Positions 13,306-26,374 of a DNA stretch of 64,000 nt are shown here, one piece after another. Made by a program: the position numbers and the translations under genes. How positions within the stretch are numbered: position 1 is the stretch's first letter; each line of letters opens with the position of its first letter. A model generated the notes under the pieces. That model was given only the letters and a program-made list of their open reading frames with translations, did not search any database and was not told where the DNA came from. The stretch is from Amoeboaphelidium protococcarum X5. Lineage: Eukaryota; Fungi; Aphelidiomycota. The stretch lies in NCBI GenBank assembly GCA_023515725.1, contig JALDTO010000098.1, positions 460,164-524,163 on the forward strand, in the 5' to 3' direction.

Positions 13306-14916
13306 ATGAGCGCAGCAGCTTTAAGACTTAACCCGAATGCAGATGTGGCCAGACGTGGACAGACTATGTAAATCAATATTAATGCGGCTGAAGGATTGAA
13401 AGACGTGTTGAAGAGTAACCTGGGTCCAAAGGGAACGCTCAAGATGCTTGTCAGCGGAGCCGGTGACATCAAGTTAACCAAAGACGGCAAGGTGCTGCTG
13501 AGTGAAATGTAAATCCAGAATCCAACTGCTGCCATGATTGCGCGTGCAGCGACTGCTCAGGATGACATTACAGGTGATGGAACGACCACGAATGTGTTAA
13601 TGATCGGAGAACTGTTGAAGTAGAGCGAGCGCTACCTCGCCGATGGTCTGCACCCGCGTATCATTACTGAAGGATTCGACCTGGCTAGAAAAGAGTCACT
13701 GGAGTTCTTGGAGAAGTTCAAGGTGAAGAAGGAGATGGACAAGGCTGTGCTGTTGGATGTCGCTCTCACATCGTTGCGTACAAAATTGCATCGCGATCTT
13801 GCACAGAACATTGCTCTGTCTGTAGTTGATGCTGTGCTGTGTATCTACGATAAGGATAGCAAGAGTCCTATCGATCTGTTCATGGTTGAGATTATGAAGA
13901 TGCAGCACAAGAGTGATTTGGACACTCAGCTGATCCGTGGCCTGGTAATGGATCATGGCGCTAGACATCCGGACATGCCCAAGCGTGCGGAGAACTGTCA
14001 TATCTTGACACTGAACGTCTCGCTGGAGTATGAGAAGAGTGAAGTCAATTCTGGCTTCTTTTATTCTAGTGCTGATTAGCGCGAAAAGTTGGTGGAGTCT
14101 GAGCGCAAGTTCACGGATGAGAAGTGCAGGAAGATTGTGGAATTCAAGAAATCTGTCTGTGATAAGGGACAAGGATTTGTGATCATCAACTAGAAGGGAA
14201 TTGATCCGCTGTCTCTGGACATCCTGGCCAAGAACGGTATTGTGGCCCTGAGACGTGCCAAGAGACGTAATATGGAGCGTTTGCAGTTATGCTGTGGTGG
14301 ACAGGCTGTTAACTCTGTTGAAGAGCTGACTCCGGACGTTCTTGGCTATGCTGGTGTTGTGTATGAACACGTTCTGGGTGAGGACAAGTTCACCTTTGTC
14401 GAGGATGTGAAGAGTCCAAAGAGTGTTGCCATTTTGATTAAAGGTCCTAATGCTCACACTCTGAACTAGATCAATGATGCTATTCGCGATGGCCTACGCG
14501 CAGTCAAGAATGCTATTGAAGATGGTTACCTGGTACCTGGCGCAGGTGCATTCAACGCTGCTCTGCATGAGCATCTGTAAAAGTTCAAAGACTCCGTGAA
14601 GGGCAAGAGTAAGTTGGGCGTGTAGATCTTTGCCGAATCTCTCCTGGTGGTGCCCAAAATACTGGCTCAGAATGCCGGCTTTGACGCACAGGATGTTATT
14701 GTGGAGTTGCTGGATGAACACAAGGCTGGCAACAAGGTTGGTGTGGACTTGAAGAGTGGCGGTGTGCTGGATCCTATGACTGAAGGTATTTATGACAATT
14801 ACCGTGTACATCGTCAGCTACTCCACTCGTGCTCCGTTATTGCATCTAATCTGCTGCTTGTTGACGAGATGATGAGAGCTGGTCGCGCCACTCTCAAGAA
14901 TGAGCCATAGCACTGA
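13306..14916 (+). CDS. CCT6: Chaperonin CCT/TRiC subunit zeta
   Basis: [26 protein letters not shown](TAA=Q)[30 protein letters not shown](TAG=Q)[15 protein letters not shown]; ends in TGA. Confidence 0.98.
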
Positions 14917-15101
14917 TTTATTATGATATCTAAGGAGTCTCACTATCATCTAATGTAAACAATAATGGCCATTATGTAGCTATTTGTTTTTCACTTCTAT
15001 TTTCTCTTAAGAGATCAGTGATGGTATTGATTACTGCTTTTGAGACGTTTTCTCTTTTCACTACCTTTAAACACTTCTAAATAACTAAAGATCGTGATAA
15101 A

Positions 15102-15938
15102 ATGTCTAAAAGTAATACAATTGGTGGATATAAGATCGTAAATCTTAATAATAAGCGACATAACATGCTGGTGAAGTAGCCGTCTTCTACAGATAATGAG
15201 GATGCTAGCCGTACTTTGATCATTAGATAGATTCCATGTGGTATCCCAATATCTAATCTTTAATCTACGCTCTAATCTTTATTCGCTCCTTGTGGATAAA
15301 TCATCTCTCTAAATGTTGTTAATCTTAGCGGCCAAATATAATACTCTAGTGATCCAAATGCTGGTAGCGAATAGTCTATTAGATTTACCGCGTCTGATTG
15401 CATAGCTGTATTGCAATTTGACCGTGATCTGGTCAGTGATGCCGTAGATTAATGTAACGACTCAGCGGTGGATTGGAATCAGGTTTTCATTAAAGATATG
15501 AGAAGCGATTATATCAAGCAATACCGCGAATAATATATTATGACTAATGATATAGAAGAGTATGAACTGTAATTGACCGAGTGGATGGAGCATTATGATG
15601 AGAGAGAGCGCGTCCGTGAGTAAGAGGAAATGGCAAAGGCAAATCAGCCAGATGAAGATGGATGGATCAAAGTGACGCGTCATGGTGGTAAGAAGTCTTT
15701 GGATATTACGACTGATAATGATAATACTGATATCAGCGAACTTGTGCAGCGATAGTTAAAGCAAAAGATGAACAAGCGTAAACTATAAGAGCCAGAAGTG
15801 CTGAAGAATTTCTACAAGTTCCAGAAAGTAAAAGAGAAGACTGATAAATTACGAGAACTTGCAGCAGGATTCAAAAAGTATAATAATAATAATTACAGCA
15901 AAGGTGGACATGATAACAGAAGGTTTAATCCTCTATGA
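15102..15938 (+). CDS. RRP7: Ribosomal RNA-processing protein 7
   Basis: N-terminal RRM-like part (SRTLIIRQIP); PDEDGWIKVTR, LKNFYKFQ, C-terminal RRFNPL*. Confidence 0.85.
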
Positions 15939-16007
15939 AGATGCTGTCTTAAATAGAAGATTTATCATACATACATATGTAGAACATTCATTTACAGTAC
16001 AATGTGA

Positions 16008-17144
<1,137 letters not shown>

Positions 17145-17213
17145 GTTACACTTTTAATCTTATTATTTTAAAATAAAAGTGAAATTTAGAAGTTATTTAA
17201 TAAGCCTAATTGT

Positions 17214-17786
17214 ATGGACAGTCAGCGATCATTATTTTACCCGTGTAAGTGCATAGTGTGGACACCGCTGCCGCCTCTTACGTGGATCTTTCCATTCATT
17301 GGTCAGTAAGATTGTAATTTCTCATATTGTGAGTACTTGATTGAATAGTGTGTGATTACCAGACTTGAAGTGTGTAGTGTTGGCATAGTTGATAGTAGTG
17401 GTGGTATTCATGACTTTTAAGGACCGTATTATGTGAATTAAGGGCGAGAGAGGATGGCATTTGGAGACCCGGTGCGATACTTGTTATTGGATCGAGCGGT
17501 ATCCGATACTGAATGGGACGCCGCTATTCAAGAGGCTGATCAAGTTTATTGCGGTAGAATGCATAATCTGTTCTGTGATAATTGTCATTCCCATGTATGT
17601 AATGCCTTGAATCGTTTTAATACGATCGAGCGAAGTAGTAAAAAGTGGAATATGGTCAAGTTGGCCGCGTTAATCTTCTTCTTTGGTCGTTACGCCGGAT
17701 GGCAAGGTGTCGTAAAGACTTGGCTCCCCTTCATTGTCATCTTATCAATCATTATAATACTAATAAGTAGTCTCTCCGTCCGATGA
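17214..17786 (+). CDS. TMEM222: TMEM222/RTE1-like (DUF778) protein, intron 17306-17377
   Basis: CIVWTPLPPLTWIFPFIGH|VGI, IHDFQGPY, MAFGDPVRY, MHNLFCDNCHSHV, WNMVKLA. Confidence 0.9.
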
Positions 17787-17893
17787 ATTATCGCGCATAC
17801 TTAGGAAAATGCCGATTGAATATAAATAACATATCCGATTAAAATAATGCTTTTAATGTATTCAAACATAGCGTATCTATGTCATGATCCAGG

Positions 17894-20800
17894 TCAGCCA
17901 GTTGTATTAGAATTTAAGTTGGACGAGTTATTAGAGACAGTAGCATTGATCAGAGAACACAATAATTTCCCGCCTGCATTAGATGGCGAGTCTTGAGAAC
18001 TGCTACCACCGCCACCATCAGTGATAGAGTGTCCACGAAAGAATACGCCGCGTGTAGTGCTATCATAATTCAAATATCGAATCTTGATTTTACCTCCATG
18101 CTTCTCATTCTTGAGTAGCCATTTCACCTCCTTCTCCATCTGCGGACTCATGTAGTTGGTCAGAGTCTTGAATATTCTCAGTTTATTTCCACCCAGATCA
18201 CCGCTGTAATACTAACAGATTCGAGGTAAATAAATGATTCGCTTCACCAGATCCATCTGGACTTGCTCATTTAGGAAATGCGTGGAAGTATGATCCAACT
18301 ACCTATTCATCAACTCGGCATTTTCGCTAAACACCCACACGTTATAAATGGCAGATTTAGATCCATTGTTGAGCACAAAATTCAGTCTTAGATCAGGCTT
18401 GGTCAGAACATACTTGGCACGGACGTCTCTTTTGGCAAAGCGCGGTGACATACTTTGAGTGAACATGGCATTGTTTACCACATTTGGACGAGACATTTTG
18501 GCACGTAATACGCAATGTTCGATATCTTAAATGGAGAAGATCATATTATTGATGTCATAACACAGGGAACGGTAGATGGAGCGCAAACGCTTAAACGATG
18601 AAGTCAACTGCGCGAAATTATACTCCAGATGCGAGTGTATAACCAGAGTGTGGTAAATATTCACCCAGAATGACAACTGTTGAGAGTGAGTCTCCAGGGT
18701 GGACAAATCAGTTATTTGCAGCTAACATGCATCATCATTAAAATCCTAAATAGCCTTCTACACTTCATGAGTATACACAAACTTTTCATCTGTGAACAGT
18801 TGATAGACTTCAAGTACTCTAGATAGCAGCGACACGGCAGCTGAGCATGGATTCTGATTACTAACCTTCAATGACAATTCAGTCTCATTCTGAACGGCAT
18901 CACATTATTTACTGAACAAGAAGCGACGATGATTGAGAATCAATTTGCTGTTATTCACACTAGTAATGTCTCGACTAGACTTTCTACGTGTAAGAGAATT
19001 AGATCTGTTCATTGGAAACTTTCCAATATTTCGAGATGCATTTTCTTTAAATTACTGGATGGCCTTCTCTAGGCACGATATCCAATCTTCCACAACGTCA
19101 CGGGTGGAGCAGAAATACATCTACTTACCCTGGCTGTACATGATCATAAAGCATTCATACTTTTCTCCGTGGATAGGCACATTGTCTTTGAGCGCGACAA
19201 TCCGGTTAACTTCATCCATACTAACAACACAATGAGCATCTTTAGTATCAGGATAGTGGCAGTGAACAGATAATAGTCCAGATGCTCTATCCAGCGTCAC
19301 TTTAGTTTCCCGAAGACTGGTGCGCCATCGAACTTTGAGGAGAATCGCAACTTTGATATTAGTCACGGATATGAATTCCTTAGTAGGAGAAGCACTATGC
19401 CCATCAGCAGATGACATTGAACTGGCGCTGAATGAAGCGCCAAACAACTTCTTTTTAGCAGTTTATTTGATATTGAGAGAAGGAGGAAACAGAGGGCCTT
19501 TATACTTCAGGAATTCGATAACAACGCGAGATCCCAACTTGCCTACAGCCTCGTCTGTCAAAAGTCCTTTAAGATACTATTCCAGCACCTGGCGTCGATA
19601 ATCAATAGCCATACCGCGGGCAGTCGGATCAGACTTCTTCTTATTTGGGAGATAAGAAGCGGCCAGTTATACTTTACATTGCGGAATGGTTCTACCAAAG
19701 AACTTTTTCAGTCTTTAGAAATCTGTATACAATCTCTCCACACTCTTTCTAAGGCCATTTGCGAATACTACTTCAACAACGAATAAGTGAGCATTAGATC
19801 CAGTGAAAGGCTTCTCCACAAATGCAGGTATAGATACTTGGATATCACGTAGTTTTATACTGTTAAGGTCGCCAAGTTCTGGATCTTCAATTAAACTCAC
19901 CATAGAATTCTTGAAAAAGGTGAACGCAGCATCATCATCTTCAAAGTCCTCTTCAGATTCATATTCCACGTCAGATTCCTCCTCACCTTACTCGGTAGCA
20001 TTCTATACTCCTCCTGTCAAATCATTTTCGCTATCAGAGTCGTTCTCATCCATAGCTTCGGTGAGATCTGTAAGAGAACTTTTTCTCATAGAAGCGCCAC
20101 CAACTCCAGCATTAGGCATCAGCTTCAACTATTATTCCGATTGAGTTGACTGCACTTTACCATCTCCGAAAGACTATGCGCTTTATCTCTTCACAGACGG
20201 AGTTGAGATATTCAGCGGTCGCACAGGTTTATCATTGACTTACAGAGCAGGTGTTTAAACTTGACTATGCGCCACAGTGTTGGCGGCATCAGCTTGGGCG
20301 CATTACATATCAAACACGACAACTGCCAACTAGCGCCAAAACTACGAGAAATATGAACAATGAAGCACCAGAAGAATCAATGTGCCACTTTGTATAAGCA
20401 GAGAGATAAGTAGAATTGATTTCAAGAAGAATAAGTACGGCAATGTGAGCACTAACAGACACCCAGCACCAAAACTTTTCAGCTCGACATTGTAATCAGT
20501 CCAGGGAAACATCATTAGCTTAATCAACAGCTACTAAGGTTCAACATCGGGCTGACGCTATTCTGCGCGACTACAGATATCACCTTCAGATTTAGTAATG
20601 ACTTCCTAAGCATTCTAATCAGCCGTAAATTTCCGCACTGTTTTGGACTTTCTTTTACCATTAATAAGTGCATCTTTCTAACTAACATCAGCTTCAACCC
20701 TGTAAGCAGGCATGTGACGGATGTCTCGCACACCCTTGTCTTTGATCAGCTAATCCCAAGTTCCTCCTGGCGCTATTGCATCTTTCACGAATTGAATATC

Positions 20801-21358
20801 CAGCTATCTTCCAGCAGCGGTGTGAGACCCATACGATTTAGCCATCAGACTCTCAGCCATTTTAGCTAAAGGAAATCGCGGTAGTTGGAAATAGGCATAC
20901 TGTTCAAATTTGGTCTTTTAATCTTTAAACGACACATCACCAATGGAAGTAGTATTAGTAAAGTTTAAAGCTCTATATTCACACTCATCGCCAAACATGG
21001 CTTTGCCGCTGTAAGTCTCATTGTAATTTACTATCCTCATAGATCTGGCCTTGAAATCTAAATATGTCGTCTGAGTAAAAGTCAAACTGTACAATCCAAT
21101 AGCTTTCTTGAACCATCCCGGTGCATCAACTTCCAATTCTGCTTTTCTGACTATCACTCTTACTCCAGTGGTTTCATTTACAGTATCACTGATAACTTCA
21201 GAATGCATGAGTACAGGCAGAGATGGGTGTTTAGGAAAACGCATCATGTAAGAAGATACCACCTACTCCCAAGGATAATCATAAACAAACTCCTACAGAG
21301 CGGTTTTTGTACATCCAGATATATCTCTAGTATGATACTCTGACTGCTTCAGATTCAT
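17894..21358 (-). CDS. Multidomain protein PRELI/MSF1 - TM - PX - PH - DUF547 (1154 aa)
   Basis: Six track ORFs fall in one frame joined by TAR codons; FVYDYPWEQVVSSYMMRFPKHP (PRELI), SVERLYTDF...RRQVLEQYL (PX), VVEDWISCL (PH), QLSFWVNIYHTLVIH...DIEHCVLR...DLRLNFVLNNGSKS (DUF547). Confidence 0.8.
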
Positions 21359-21842
21359 ATTAAATGCAAGATCTATATCTATAGACTATCAAGCTTGATG
21401 ACTGCAGACTACTGTATAAAAGACTAATGAATACAGTATGACAGCAAGAGGTTTCGTTTCAATCGGGAAAGGAAAAAGATTTATGACAATTCGCATCAGT
21501 TGTTTGAAACTGAACGGCAGCGATTGCCAATGAAAATACTGGAGATATGGCTTGCGCCCCCTCCACCAAGAATACATCTTACTATTGATCTTTCCATAAC
21601 ATTATATTGTATTGAAAGAAATCTTTACATAATGCCGCCCCAAATCAAGGACTACAAGCAATGCTGCTATAGCTATATAACGAATCCGATGTTGTTAGTC
21701 TCAGAATTTCCGGTTTCATGTCTGACGAAATGCTTAAGAATCTGACAGCAGCAGACGCGACACTGACGGTAAGCCGTATCACACTCTATGTTCGCTTAGT
21801 GCTAATTAAGTCCAAAAAATTAATAGTGAACAACTTTTTGAT

Positions 21843-22255
21843 GGATAACTCTTTGTTAGTAGGATCGCACTCCAGATGTAACAATATGTCAATCGCCACC
21901 GATAAAGTCGCAAGCTCTGCAATAACTCTAGAATTGCGCTGGCTGTGTATTTCATGATCACTACCAATAAGCGACTAAGATACTGAGCCGCCAAACATAG
22001 TTTTGACCATGTAGTTGATGAATAACACTTTGTTATTGGGCGCGCGATGGAAGTGTAACAAACTGTTATTCTTGTGGTACTATCACACGGAACGATAGAA
22101 AGACTGCGGTTTTGAGCTGGCTGCACTTTTTATATCATAAGCAACCAGCGAATCTTGTATGAAGTTGCCAGACTTATGTTTGACCATTTTGTACATGAAT
22201 AACACTTTATTATTGAGCGCGCATTCGAGGAGTAACAAAGTGTCAGTAGCTCGCT
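21843..22255. repeat. Three degenerate copies of a 177-bp (59-codon) unit
   Basis: Core G(G/A)ATAAC(A/T)CTTT(G/A)TTA...GTAACAA at 21843, 22020 and 22197 (exact 177-bp period); the minus strand reads LL(H/L)(L/F)xxxxxNK(V/E)L in each copy, with an in-frame TGA between copies. Confidence 0.65.
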
Positions 22256-22510
22256 ACGATTACAAAATGAATAATGAGACTCTTCTATTGCACTTCTGTA
22301 TACGTGGAATGCATGTAAAGTATCAACAAAACTGCAAGTTTCCTTCTATCGCTTGTTGCTTCTGATATAATGTTTTTGCACTTGCGTTCGGTAAGTGATC
22401 GTCACTGATTCTTTTTCCTTTTGCTAGTCGTCATCTGAGGTTCATTCCTTCTCTCCTTGTTATACTGAACCGATTGGAAATTATATTTTAGAACAGAAAC
22501 TACAATAATT

Positions 22511-22820
22511 ATGTTGTCAGCAATCTCCAAGCCTGCAGTTAGATTTTTAAGAAAGAAGCCAGGTAATTAATTACCTATTAGTTTAGTATTAATATCTCTC
22601 AACTCCAATGGCGTTTAAGTGTGTAGTGTTTATCGGAACTCTGATCACTGGTGCATTCTTCTTTGAGATGGGATACACTAAATTCACAGACTCTCTGTGG
22701 GACTATATCAACAGAGGAGTATGATCTTATATTCTGCAATGTATACTAAAATTGCTTGATTATAATTCTTAATTTATGTAGCGTCAATGGAAGGATATTG
22801 AACACAAGTATTAGTAGTGA
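22511..22820 (+). CDS. QCR9: Cytochrome bc1 complex subunit 9, introns 22563-22626 and 22719-22781
   Basis: VFIGTLITGAFFFEMGY..FTDSLWDYINRG|RQWKDIEHKY; missed by the ORF track. Confidence 0.92.
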
Positions 22821-23016
22821 GTTTGACGCGCGGGCTGAGCGAATAAAATTATATTAAGGACATCTCCATCTATCTACTTGTTTAAAAGAATCTGCTGTCT
22901 GTTATATTGAGTTATTTTTACCCATAGATTAGTCATTGCCCTAACATTATAGTGATTAAAATCTGCACAAAAAAGTGGCAGTGTTTATAATCATCAAACG
23001 TTCATAATTATTACAG

Positions 23017-23972
23017 TCATGTCAACTACGCATTAACATCGCCCGGTAATTGCGCACCGCTAGCCAGTCCACTATCGCCCTTCAAATTAAATAGAATGCC
23101 TTGACAAGCCTACATTTACACATAAACACGTTTAATAATACTACTAGAAATTGTTTACCTTTACTCTATCTTAATCTTGGTCTTTGTATGCAGACTCGTA
23201 CTCATGAATGATGGATTGTTCGAATAGCTCTGCATACTGTTCATACTCTTCACGCGCTCTCTTACCCTGTGGCAACTCACCAACCTCTCTAGTGATCTTG
23301 TCCAATTTCAACAGTAGATCACAGCACTTGACCTTATTCTGGAAATTGTTAGAGTTCTTCAACAGGTCCAGCCGTGATAAGTTTCCATCACTCAAATCTG
23401 TAAATAGACCGAGCAGTTCTTTTGCCTCCACAGCTTTTCTCTTCAAGTCATCCAGCTGCTTCAAGTGATCTCTAGTCTTTATAGATGACGCACCGACAGT
23501 GACCATTTTATCCTCCAACTGATGATATTAATCTGATAAATTCTACATTTAAAGACTCAATGCAGGGGGAGAGCAATGATAATTAGCCATGTTATAAAGA
23601 TAATCAGAATACCTTGTGTTCTTATTGCAGTTCATCCATCTTGTTATTGTGGGAACTCTCCGCTGCCAACAGTTAATCTTCCAAGTCATCAAATCTCCGC
23701 GTCACTTGCTTCTTCATCTTTATCAACTCTTCTAACTGGAGATTGAACGCTGAGAGAAGATGAGTGTATTCTGCATTTGGTAGTTGAGTATTCTAGTTGC
23801 TGAGAGAGGAGGAAGACAATGACTAGGCTCTTACACAAATATCCTCAATGTATCGATCCTGATCAAAGTTATTCTACACTTTATAATAGATATCACAATG
23901 AATGATATCAGATGGTTAGTATAAACATTTCAAAATTAAGTACCAGAAATTATAATAGCTCAGTCTTCAGAG

Positions 23973-23976
<4 letters not shown>
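23017..23976 (-). pseudogene. SEC10: Exocyst Sec10 N-terminal third only (~256 aa, 3 introns); truncated copy
   Basis: NFDQDRYIEDI, coiled-coil region, QLEDKMVTVG..IKTRDHLKQLDDLKRKAVEAKELL.LF; TGA at 23019-23017, and no room for the rest before the convergent QCR9. Confidence 0.6.

Positions 23977-24022
<46 letters not shown>
23975..24022. repeat. (ATT)16 microsatellite abutting the SEC10 start codon
   Basis: Perfect ATT repeat read directly. Confidence 0.95.
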
Positions 24023-24024
<2 letters not shown>

Positions 24025-24662
24025 CAAGATGTTTGGTCAGATTGTCTTCTATTGTACATGCTGTAATAAAGAAAGTTTCAATGCTAAGAATGATGTTCCG
24101 GCGCGCTAAATGGACGTTACAGAAACAGACGCACGACAACTTTGATGGAGTTTGGCTTTCTTCTGCTTCATGGGCCATATTGACACTTGACTCTAAACTG
24201 GGTCAGTAGAATTCTGCATGCAATTAAAGAAAAAGGGTCACTTGAGTATGATGGGCGGATAAGATGTACTAGATGGGTCAGCATACATTTTGAACCATAT
24301 ATTGACTACTGCCTTTCGCGTGAGTATAACGATACTACTGGACGAGATTTTATTACTGCGCGAGTACGTGATGGACTTTTGTCCAGGAATTTAAATGCAA
24401 TTGATGATACTACCAATTATTCGCAGGTTAGCAATGCTTTGTTGACATATTCTCGCTAGTGGAATTGTTACCAGATATCAGTGAAATAATCACCAGACCT
24501 CCATGTGCTATTTTTAGAGGACTCTTATCAACAAAATTATCGCCCAATCACACAAGTGCCGGATGCTAGCATAATGTAGAGTGACCATTTGCTTTCTATT
24601 TTTTCCGACTATTAATTTACACAACAATTTTCTGACTACTACTATTCGATAACAACATTGAT

Positions 24663-26343
24663 ATGATGCTATTGTATTTAGCTATAGTTGCTTGCTGTGT
24701 GAGTCGACTCGCGGCTGATAGTGCCGATATATCGTTTATACTAACGTTGTATGGCAATTATCTAAATTATGTTGATACAATTACAGATTCTAATGGGGAT
24801 TTTTATCACTCTTGGTGGTATAGCTCAGTTTAAACCACGGTTTATAACAGCTATCTTGCCGTGTACTAGTATTCTAACAACTACGCCAATGGTTTGTATG
24901 CCTCATCATTTTTAAAGATGAGTGGTACAACAGGTTAAATATTATGGACAGTATCAATGACTGGCAATCAAGGCTCTTATTCTTATAGTATGGCACCTGA
25001 CAATAACGGCGGCTTTCTGACAGTGGGCGCCCTCTATGCTGGTCCCGCTGCTATGAGCATCCGAAGAAACAGTGTACTCATTTACACTGTGCCTTAGCAC
25101 ACATCTTACATGTTCTACCATGTCAAGTTTGCATCTGACGGCTCTGTGCAGTATGCTTATTATGTCGGACCGAAACCATTCTATGGCGCCGCAGCTTTTG
25201 ATGGGTCTAACAATTGCCTACAGACTGATAATTCAGGCGGTTAGACGATCGCGTACACTTATAATAGCTTGCCCTTTTCAACAACTGGTAATTTATGCAC
25301 ACTTAGGAAGGTAGATTCTAATGGCAATCTGTTGTGGACTGCGCTTATCGGGTATGCTTCGTAATCCTGGTGCGGCTACGTAGGCGCCTCGAAAACTACA
25401 AACGACGTTTACTTGCATGGAAGCTTCCAAAACGGCACAACCATTCAAAATGGGTATCAGGTTCCTCTGGGTTTGCTTGGAGTGACTGATGGTGCTGGAA
25501 GAACTATCGTTACTCCTCAACAGTGCAATAATGCGTCTGCTTAGTTCATAATGAAATTCAATAGTACCGGTCACTATCAGTGGGCCGTTCGTATTGATGA
25601 TGCATCTCCGTCGGTTAGTGGTTTAAAAGTTGGGCCCAACGGAAATATCGTTGTGTCCGGCACTTATACGGCGGGAGCGAAGCCTCTGAGATTCTATGGG
25701 GTTGACGGAAATGTAATTGGAACTATAAATCCGCGGGGCTCGAGCGGCGGATTTGTTGCTTCTTTTGCACCAGATGGTTCTTTGGCGTTTGTAGCATCTC
25801 TTGATGGATCTTTGGTTGACTAGACTTAGTCGGTCGCCGTTGATTCAAATTCTGATATATTCGTCGGGGCGTATACTACATCGGCATAGCTGGATATAGT
25901 CGATGGTCTGTGTAACTAAGTCAGCATTCCTGGCGCATACTCTACTCTTGTCAAATTCAACCAGTATGGAAAGTATTTATATGACACTCGTAGTTCTGGT
26001 AATGATTACATTCAGAGAGTCTTGACTGGTAGCGGTGGAGGCTTGATAGTGTAAGGCTATTACGACACTGTTCCGCTCACTCTTTACAACAGTAATAGGA
26101 CTCGTTCGTTAACTCAGACACTTGGTGGTTATTATTTTGCAAAGTATCAAGATATTCGCGTTGCGGGTACGCATACCAGTGTTCCTCAAGTCTGTTTTAG
26201 GCCAATTACTAGCACTACTACCACTACCACCACTTCCACGACAACAACTACTACTACTACTAGTACTACCACCACTACTACTACCACGACAACAAGTACT
26301 AGTACTACGACCACCACTACCACGACAACAACTACTAGTACTA

Positions 26344-26374
<31 letters not shown>

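Noticed and set aside
21843-22255. CRISPR-like array
   Set aside because: Eukaryotic context; only three long, diverged units with a codon-multiple period; no identical repeats and no cas genes.
23912-24178. Poly-Ile and poly-Asn ORFs
   Set aside because: They are translations of the (ATT)16 microsatellite upstream of SEC10.
24187-24620. ORF between SEC10 and the receptor kinase
   Set aside because: Non-ATG start and no recognisable motifs; cannot be supported as a gene.
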